Of a stretch of DNA of 11,344 bases, positions 5,424-11,344 are shown piece after piece. This DNA comes from an uncultured bacterium (GTDB lineage: Bacteria > CSSED10-310 > CAZUFC01): contig CAZUFC010000198.1 in assembly GCA_964619725.1 (NCBI GenBank), positions 1-11,344 on the forward strand, written 5' to 3'. Under the pieces are notes generated by a model. That model was not told the origin of the DNA. It did no database searches and saw only the letters and a list, made by a program, of their open reading frames with translations. Each line of letters starts with the position of its first letter. The first letter of the stretch is position 1. Both the position numbers and the translations under genes were made by a program.

Positions 5424-8341
5424 TCATCTCTTATCATTAAAGCCGCCCGCAGCAGGTTCGGATCGCCCTGGTTTTTATCTTCGATTATATTATGCAGGTT
5501 GTCTGATATTGTTTCCGCTTTTGAATTTCCTTCTTTTATCTCTTTTGCCGTGATTTCGGCCGCGAAAATTGCTGTATCTTTTGAGATATGGACTTTTTTC
5601 GCCTTTTCTGTTTTATTCTCTTTCAGGTCTGCGGCCAGGCGCTTTCCTACGAAGTATTCCCAGAAGGAACGGTGCATGAAATAAAAATTTGAATCCGGAT
5701 CGCATGTCATGTAGGCGCATCGCCGGATGTCGCTAGGATACTCTTGCTGAGCCCTGGACGTCTGAATATCCCCATGAGCTTCTACAATTTCAGGGAATTC
5801 TCTATAATTGACTTTTGCATCAGGATTGTTCTGTATAATGAAGGCGACTCCTTCAATAATCGCCAGTATCTCTTTCCGCGTGGTCAATAAAGTGCCGTAT
5901 TTTTCATCTCTTTCCAGCCATCTATCCGTAATCCATTTGTACAATGATCCAGGATCATCCACTTCTATGCTTTCATCGGTTATTTGTATTATGCCGCCTG
6001 ATTTGTCGATTTCATTGCATATCAAATCTATCAGGACCGGTCTTCGCGCCAGGTCGGCCAGGTCGTATGAACCGTGTATTATATTTCTGGCGCCGCTCAA
6101 CTTTTTTCTGTCCTGGAACCTTTTTTCCAGGTATTCCGCCACATCCTTTTCATCGAATCCCGTGAGGACCATAATATTTGACGGTTCTTCCCTCATCATG
6201 GCCGGAGCGTTTTCTATCCCTAAATTTTTGCAGGTTCTGTCGAATTCCGCCAGTCCTTTGAAATCATGAGTTCGGCTTGTCAGCATAAAATTTACATGAG
6301 TTTTCACAGATTCTCTTATCCAGTCGCCCCTGGCGCTTTTTTCCAGCATAGCGCCCGTCAGCTCGTCGAATCCGTCGAATATCAGCAGTATCGGGACCAG
6401 TTCCTTCAACAAGTCCCAGAATCCCGGCAATTCAAACCAGTCTATGCCCTTCAGTTTCAATGTCCTGGCTATGCAGACCTCGCAAGTTTTGAACCATCCA
6501 TCCCTCTCTGAATAGCCTAATCCTCGCGGACTAAAAGGAATCAGCAGCGGCAGGGGGACGTTTTCACCATCTAGGAACCGCTCCGCCAAATTTTTCGCCA
6601 GGAATTTGCATAAAAGGGTTTTACCAGTTCCATATTCGCCCAGGATGAAGATTCTGTTGGTACCGGGATTCGTTTTTATTTCATCGATCCATCGGCCGGT
6701 CAGGTAATCTTTGATGTTCCGCCGCATTTCAGCTATTTCCTTGTTGCTTTTTGTGATCTTTTCTTTATCGCAATAGCGGTATTTTCTTTCCTTTTCCCGT
6801 TCCTTTTTCTTTTCCTCTTCAAATTTTTCAATCCGCTGCCAGTCGTCCCAACCCTTGCAGCAAAACGGATCGATGTAGTATTTTTCTTTGACCGGAGGCA
6901 GCTTATTGAAATCAACGATCAACGATCGCAGGTAACCGTCCCAGCGTCCGAATCTCCGGCTTGCGTGTTCGGCTTCCTGGACGACATCATCAGGCAGCGG
7001 CTTCGGGTTATTCTGGCCGGCTACGGCAGCGATGATGCGAGCGACAGCATAATAGCGCGGCGATTTATCAGGGAAGTGCAATGCAGCAAGCGCACTGAAG
7101 TATAAGGACATACGGTATTCTTCGGGTATTTCGCATGGTTCCATCCTGGGATTCAAATGAGGTTCCAGGCGACCCAGAGCGCTCAAACGGAAGGCTGCTA
7201 TGACCTGGGTCAACCTTGCCGACGGATCATCCGGAGAAACCCCTTCTTCAATATCTTTCACAACTTCATCCGGCGCCCGGATGCTCAGCGCTCTAAACAC
7301 ATTATACAAATCTACCAGGTTCACCTTTCCGATGAACCGGTTTTCGGATAACGCCAGCGCTGCTGTCTGCACTTCCAGGTTTGCAAAATCCGCCGACAGG
7401 GGCAGTTCTCTTTCCGGCAGCTTCCAGTCTATGATAAGCGGTTTATCGCCGGCGATGAGCACGTTCATGGGTTGCAGGTCGTTGTGAGTCCTGTTTACTG
7501 TTTTTGCTTTAGTAACGGATTTACTTTCAAGATGATCGTCCAGAACTTCGTCAGGATTTTTAGTTTTTTCCCTCAGCCATTTGCATAAACGGGGATTCTC
7601 CATGAAAACGCCCCGGTCAGCCAATTGGAGGTTGTTCCTGAACCAGGCTCTTCTATCTCTTTTTTCCTGTTCGTCCTCACCTTCGAAACAGTAACGGAAC
7701 GCTTCTCCTATGCGATAATGCATCTGTTCTTTCCGTTCGCATTGAGAATATATCGCATGGTTCAGGATGGAATATGTCGCACTGATTGTTTTTCTGAATC
7801 GGTACCCGTTTATTCCGCCAGAAGACTCCAGAAACGCCGTGACGTATTCTTTCAAATTGTAATTATTCATTACGGACCCGGCAAAATCGATCTCGATTTC
7901 GTCCGCATACGCCTGGAGAAATGATGAATATCCGTTGTATTCGGGAGGTTCTACGTCAGGCAATTTCATTTTAACAATGTAGGGATTATCGCAATCTCTC
8001 AGAAACTGTCCGTTTTCATGGATTTTTTTTATTTTTGCAGTTTTGTCGACTTTTAATATTCGGGACCTGCCGGCATCAGCTTGCTTGACGTACAGCAGAA
8101 GCACGTGCGCCTCCGTGAACCCTCCGCCAAGCCTGGCGACGATCCTTACCCTGCATTCATCCGCACGGGACTTTGCCTGACCGACGACTTTATGCGGACT
8201 GTTCGTTCTGTCTTTTTGAATAATGTCGGCCTGTTCACCCGGCTGTATCCATTCTGATTTTTCAGCCCAGAACTCTATGTGTTTCTTCAGGGATGGCGGT
8301 TTGTTTGAATTAATGATTTTGATCTCGTCTATAATTTTCAT
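5216..8341 (-). CDS. Kinase/phosphotransferase (APH-like) domain + charged linker + NACHT NTPase, 1041 aa
   Basis: Kinase motifs: LGGGFTEAHV (Gly loop), RILKVD, HNDLQPMNVL (7463-7486), LIIDW, DFANLE. NACHT motifs: GEYGTGKT (6617-6640), LLIFDGFDE, MLTSRT, RRPVL, FMHRSFWEYF. RBS GAGGA precedes the ATG. Confidence 0.9.
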   Translation of the reverse strand: MKIIDEIKIINSNKPPSLKKHIEFWAEKSEWIQPGEQADIIQKDRTNSPHKVVGQAKSRADECRVRIVARLGGGFTEAHVLLLYVKQADAGRSRILKVDKTAKIKKIHENGQFLRDCDNPYIVKMKLPDVEPPEYNGYSSFLQAYADEIEIDFAGSVMNNYNLKEYVTAFLESSGGINGYRFRKTISATYSILNHAIYSQCERKEQMHYRIGEAFRYCFEGEDEQEKRDRRAWFRNNLQLADRGVFMENPRLCKWLREKTKNPDEVLDDHLESKSVTKAKTVNRTHNDLQPMNVLIAGDKPLIIDWKLPERELPLSADFANLEVQTAALALSENRFIGKVNLVDLYNVFRALSIRAPDEVVKDIEEGVSPDDPSARLTQVIAAFRLSALGRLEPHLNPRMEPCEIPEEYRMSLYFSALAALHFPDKSPRYYAVARIIAAVAGQNNPKPLPDDVVQEAEHASRRFGRWDGYLRSLIVDFNKLPPVKEKYYIDPFCCKGWDDWQRIEKFEEEKKKEREKERKYRYCDKEKITKSNKEIAEMRRNIKDYLTGRWIDEIKTNPGTNRIFILGEYGTGKTLLCKFLAKNLAERFLDGENVPLPLLIPFSPRGLGYSERDGWFKTCEVCIARTLKLKGIDWFELPGFWDLLKELVPILLIFDGFDELTGAMLEKSARGDWIRESVKTHVNFMLTSRTHDFKGLAEFDRTCKNLGIENAPAMMREEPSNIMVLTGFDEKDVAEYLEKRFQDRKKLSGARNIIHGSYDLADLARRPVLIDLICNEIDKSGGIIQITDESIEVDDPGSLYKWITDRWLERDEKYGTLLTTRKEILAIIEGVAFIIQNNPDAKVNYREFPEIVEAHGDIQTSRAQQEYPSDIRRCAYMTCDPDSNFYFMHRSFWEYFVGKRLAADLKENKTEKAKKVHISKDTAIFAAEITAKEIKEGNSKAETISDNLHNIIEDKNQGDPNLLRAALMIRDELMERNSAVRRYSTKNSIKKPMPSGGFRKYIRRLTQQGTARYPKAGSLFPREVSSWAVMNLIVKNRRTG

Positions 8342-8402
8342 GGCGTATCCTCGTCAGTTATGATCTATTTCTTCTTTGCAGGCGGTTGCTTTTTCTCAGG
8401 GG

Positions 8403-8431
8403 ATTCTAGCATATGCGCCTTCTATCGGCAA
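8403..8431 (-). promoter_or_regulatory. Sigma70-type promoter with extended -10 for the kinase-NACHT gene
   Basis: Minus strand TTGCCG (8431-8426)-N17-TAGAAT (8408-8403), preceded by TGC (TGn motif). Confidence 0.65.
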
Positions 8432-8565
8432 GTCGGCTTACTGAAGTATTCGTTTTCATTTATGATACCGTCTGAATCGGTCATTGATTAAAATTGCATT
8501 TTGAAAGGTTCCAATTTTTGCAGTCTCGACGATATATGGGATGTCTGAGATATGATAAAAACAAA

Positions 8566-8689
8566 CGGGCAGGAAGAAAAACAACCCACGATACGCTAAT
8601 GTCCATGCTCCGCTGCGAGCGGGTCGCGTCGACATAAGTGCAGATGCTCTCTTTGGTAAGCTGACTGTTACAAACACGTGACGCAAGAA
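8566..8689 (-). repeat. Dispersed structured repeat 'S', right (inverted) copy
   Basis: Reverse complement CTTATGTCGACGCGACCCGCTCGCAGCGGAGCATGGACATTAGCGTATCGTGGGTTGTTTTT matches 2300-2361. Confidence 0.85.
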
Positions 8690-8722
8690 TTCAATTGGCT
8701 CCGGTTTGTATTTTGAATTTAC

Positions 8723-8824
8723 GGCATCGATCAAAAATGCATATTTTAAGGTTACAATTAGAAAGAATTTCCCATCTTTTTGTATCGATTGCGTTTTCGG
8801 TCCCCATACCGATTACTGAAACAA
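8723..8824 (-). repeat. Dispersed repeat 'R', copy 3 (inverted)
   Basis: Reverse complement TTGTTTCAGTAATCGG...CGCAATCGATACAAAAAGATGGGAAATTCTTTCTAATTGTAACCTTAAAATATGCATTTTTGA matches copies 1 and 2. Confidence 0.9.
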
Positions 8825-8830
8825 CTGTCT

Positions 8831-9166
8831 GCAACTTAAGCAAAGGTAAATCCTTAACGATCCCGGCAGTTTCAATACCCTTGAAAGCGCCGCCGATCGG
8901 GTGTTTGTTTTGAAAAAGTGTAGGAGAAAAACAGAATGTAGAAGCGGCATCCTGCCGCTTTCCGAAAAACGTTCGATATCAGTGAGCTCTACGATATATA
9001 CCCCAAACCGGAAAAAAACCCGACCGGGTCATTCAGAATCGTCCGGCAGCAACTTAAGAAAAGGTAAATCCTTTACGACACAGGCAGCTTCAATACCCCT
9101 GAAAGCGCCGCAGGTCGTGTGGCTTTTATTTACAGAAGCGGGAACGCGGCAGGATGCCGCGTCTAC
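8831..9166. repeat. Left REP module of the RAYT locus
   Basis: GTAG REPs at 8938-8961 (+) and 9141-9166 (-). 63 bp direct repeat at 8831-8893 and 9049-9111 (56/63 identical). Confidence 0.85.
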
Positions 9167-9211
9167 ATTCTATCTTTCTTGCTGCGCTCCTTTATTTAAT
9201 TAAACTCGTTA

Positions 9212-9240
9212 TTGACTCACCCGGTTTCTGTTCATATACT
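9212..9240 (+). promoter_or_regulatory. Sigma70-type promoter for RAYT
   Basis: TTGACT (9212-9217)-N17-TATACT (9235-9240), followed by a leader hairpin GATGCCTTTTG/CAAAAAGCATC (9259-9286). Confidence 0.65.
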
Positions 9241-9315
9241 ATTAAGCTATTAGTGTTTGATGCCTTTTGTTTGTTCAAAAAGCATCCTGACTGAATTACA
9301 AAATCGGAAAAAGTC

Positions 9316-9951
9316 ATGAAAAAAGACGATATAATGCCTTTTGATTCCTCTCGTTTTGATGAGCACGAAATCAGCTTTTTTGATCCTGAAACCGTTATTG
9401 AAAATATGTCGGGTAATTTACCTCATTGGCGACAGCAAAATGTTATTTATTTTGTTACGTTCAGAACGGCTTATTCTTTACCGCAACATAAGATGGAACA
9501 ATGGAAAAAAGAGAAAAAGCTTTGGCTTGAATTCCATCCTCCACCTCACAGCATTGAAGTTAAACGAGAATTTTATGAGCGTTTTCCGGCACGAATGCAT
9601 AAATGGTTAGATGCCGGGCACGGCGAATGCCTTCTTGCAAAACCAGTCTGTAAAAACATCGTTGAGAACGCTATGCGTTATTTTGATGGAGAACGTTATA
9701 ATTTGGATGTTTTCGTTATTATGCCGAATCATGTTCATGTTCTCGTTAAGCCTGTCAAAGACAACAAACTATCGGAAATCTTACATTCATGGAAATCTTT
9801 TACGGGTAATAAAATCAACGAACTGGAAGGAAAGACGGGTTCTTTCCGGCAGAAGGAATCCTTCGATCATATTGTGCGCGATGAATATCAGCTTGAGAGA
9901 TTCAGACAATATATAAGAGACAATCCAAAGATGATCAAACGTAAATTTTAA
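9316..9951 (+). CDS. REP-associated tyrosine transposase (RAYT / TnpA-REP, Y1 HUH family), 211 aa
   Basis: NLPHW, YFVTF, VIMPNHVH (HUH), WKSFT, QKESFDHIVR and YIRDNP (catalytic Tyr). Flanked on both sides by GTAG REPs. The start could alternatively be the ATG at 9334. Confidence 0.92.
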   Translation: MKKDDIMPFDSSRFDEHEISFFDPETVIENMSGNLPHWRQQNVIYFVTFRTAYSLPQHKMEQWKKEKKLWLEFHPPPHSIEVKREFYERFPARMHKWLDAGHGECLLAKPVCKNIVENAMRYFDGERYNLDVFVIMPNHVHVLVKPVKDNKLSEILHSWKSFTGNKINELEGKTGSFRQKESFDHIVRDEYQLERFRQYIRDNPKMIKRKF

Positions 9952-9962
9952 TTATGGACACT

Positions 9963-10014
9963 GCCTGTCCGTCATTAAATTTCGACTGTTGAATGAGTTT
10001 ATGGACAGGCGCTA
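9963..10014 (-). repeat. ~50 bp mini element, copy 2 (inverted relative to 485-535)
   Basis: GCCTGTCC...GAGTTTATGGACAGGCGCTA; 20/20 match to the reverse complement of 485-504. Confidence 0.65.
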
Positions 10015-10071
10015 GATACAGTTCCGGCAAAAAGACTGAAAAAGCGCTTACTGGGGCGTTCCATTTCGTTT

Positions 10072-10303
10072 AACCTTTTCGTAAGTCGTCGATTCTGAAC
10101 GACTCTGTCGGTTTTTTACCGGATTGGGTTGTTGGTCTTAGAGCTCACTGATATTGAAAGCTTTTCGGAAAGCGGCAGGATGCCGCTTCTACTTTCTATT
10201 TTTCTTCTACGGCTTTTCAATCCAAACATCGATGCTTTTTCTTCGATCTTAGACGCGGCATCCTGCCGCGTTCCGGCGGCGCTTTCATTGGGGTTGAATT
10301 GCC
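10072..10303. repeat. Right REP module of the RAYT locus
   Basis: REPs at 10169-10192 (-) and 10249-10274 (+, with TTAG foot). The block is an inverted copy of ~8864-9068; 10139-10192 versus 8938-8991 is 51/54 identical. Confidence 0.85.
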
Positions 10304-10576
10304 CGAGGTCGATTGAGACATCATGCGTATCGTGCGTTGTTTTTCTTGCATGTTCTTCCGGTAAGCATGCTCAACGCAAATTTTTTTCCAAGGCAAGGCA
10401 TGATGATTCGACAATCAGTTTCGCATACGGAGCGCAGTCGCCGGACAACGAGAATCCATTCAAAATAGGCAAGCTAATATGCCATTCATTGGAAATCATA
10501 GAAGGCTACCCGGCGTAAGAAAAACAAATGAAGGAAACATAAAGCGTTGCTGCATTTGTCCTTCAGAACTCCATTG

Positions 10577-10630
10577 TTAAACTTCCCCCTGGCAAAATGA
10601 AGCTTCGACACATCTTGCCGGGGAGTTTAA
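10577..10630. repeat. Imperfect ~20 bp inverted repeat / stem-loop
   Basis: TTAAACTTCCCCCTGGCAAAATG ... CATCTTGCCGGGGAGTTTAA. Confidence 0.55.
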
Positions 10631-10742
10631 ATTGCGATATGTGCGGCAGGATTTCAGATTGTGCAGAAGTAAAAGTTGTCGATCCTGAAAGGTAGCGGCG
10701 TATCAATTCACGGTCTGCGGATTCGATTCGCTTTTCGATGAA

Positions 10743-11344
10743 TCATTCCGTTTTATTCATGATACCGTCTCTAAAGTTCCACGGAATCCAGAGTTTGGGA
10801 TTCTTGCGAACATCCTCTCGATGAAACTGAAGCGCGGTTAGATAATCGAATGAATTCACTTCAGCAGAAACGCAGGTATGAATTATGCTCATGAATATAT
10901 CGCCGATTTCTGCTCCTCGCCAGGTTTTATAAAAAAGCGAATTTTTCCGGTGCAGAATCGTTCTTTCGAGGGCCTGCTCGCACAGATTATTGTAGATCGG
11001 CGCTCATTCGATTCTGAGAAACAGGATGAGCGGCTCCCAGTGTTTCTTCATGTAATTGAAAACCTTTCCAAGCCTGGAATTCGGTTCGACCTTCCTTTGA
11101 TCCAATTGATTCTGCATCCATATTTTCAGTTAATCCATCACAGGACCGCTCTCGTCCTGATGAAGCTTCAGGCATTCGTCCGTCGTGAGGTTTTCCCTTT
11201 TGGCCAGCTCTTCGACATGGAATACCCGGACGAGGGCTTCTGTCACATGGCGGCATTCATCCGGCCAAACGGGAGCAGCATCGATCTTTTTCATAAACCG
11301 TCGCCTGAACCGGCACGGATGCCGTGAAGCGCAAAAGAACCTCG
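10743..11344 (-). pseudogene. IS66-family transposase, decayed 3' part running off the window
   Basis: Hand translation: QDESGPVMD*LKIWMQNQLDQRKVEPNSRLGKVFNYMKKHWEPLILFLRIE*APIYNNLCEQALERTILHRKNSLFYKTWRGAEIGDIFMSIIHTC...NSFDYLTALQ...WIPWNF. In-frame stops at 11130-11132 and 11004-11006, and a frameshift near 11190. Confidence 0.88.

Noticed and set aside
799-8824. Integron attC sites for R or S
   Set aside because: No RYYYAAC...GTTRRRY pairing, mixed orientations and no integrase.
8456-9203. ORFs 8456-8734, 8695-8913, 8901-9203 (and 10129-10518)
   Set aside because: They lie over repeats S, R and REP modules and have no protein motifs.
10349-10365. TGTTCTTCCGGTAAG as the terminal inverted repeat of the IS66-like element
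   Set aside because: The other end is outside the window, so no pairing or target duplication can be verified.
10878-11327. 149 aa + strand ORF (and the 89 aa - strand ORF 10987-11256)
   Set aside because: Antisense and off-frame shadows of the IS66 transposase pseudogene.

Overview
A repeat-dense accessory island with five protein-coding units. (1) A Nudix-type hydrolase (+, 1243-1869). (2) An ATP-type 6-phosphofructokinase-family protein with an unexplained ~110 aa N-terminal extension and its own promoter and terminator (-, 2488-3921). (3) A large kinase/phosphotransferase-NACHT (STAND) gene (-, 5216-8341). Its C-terminal FGE-sulfatase/C-type-lectin-fold domain lies in the -1 frame (open 4521-5423) and ends in a sharply adenine-depleted segment resembling a DGR variable region; no reverse transcriptase or template repeat is in the window. 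(4) A REP-associated tyrosine transposase (RAYT, +, 9316-9951) with GTAG-type REPs. (5) A decayed IS66-family transposase (-, 10743-11344). The non-coding DNA is highly structured: nested long inverted repeats bracket the PFK + kinase-NACHT-FGE block, a direct copy of one repeat brackets the Nudix gene, and there are 8-bp and 10-bp periodic tandem arrays and several palindromic/MITE-like elements. My best hypothesis (inference) is a repeat-bounded NLR-like conflict module with a diversified lectin-fold sensor, linked to sugar-phosphate/nucleotide enzymes. Domain calls rest on motif recognition only; no searches were run.
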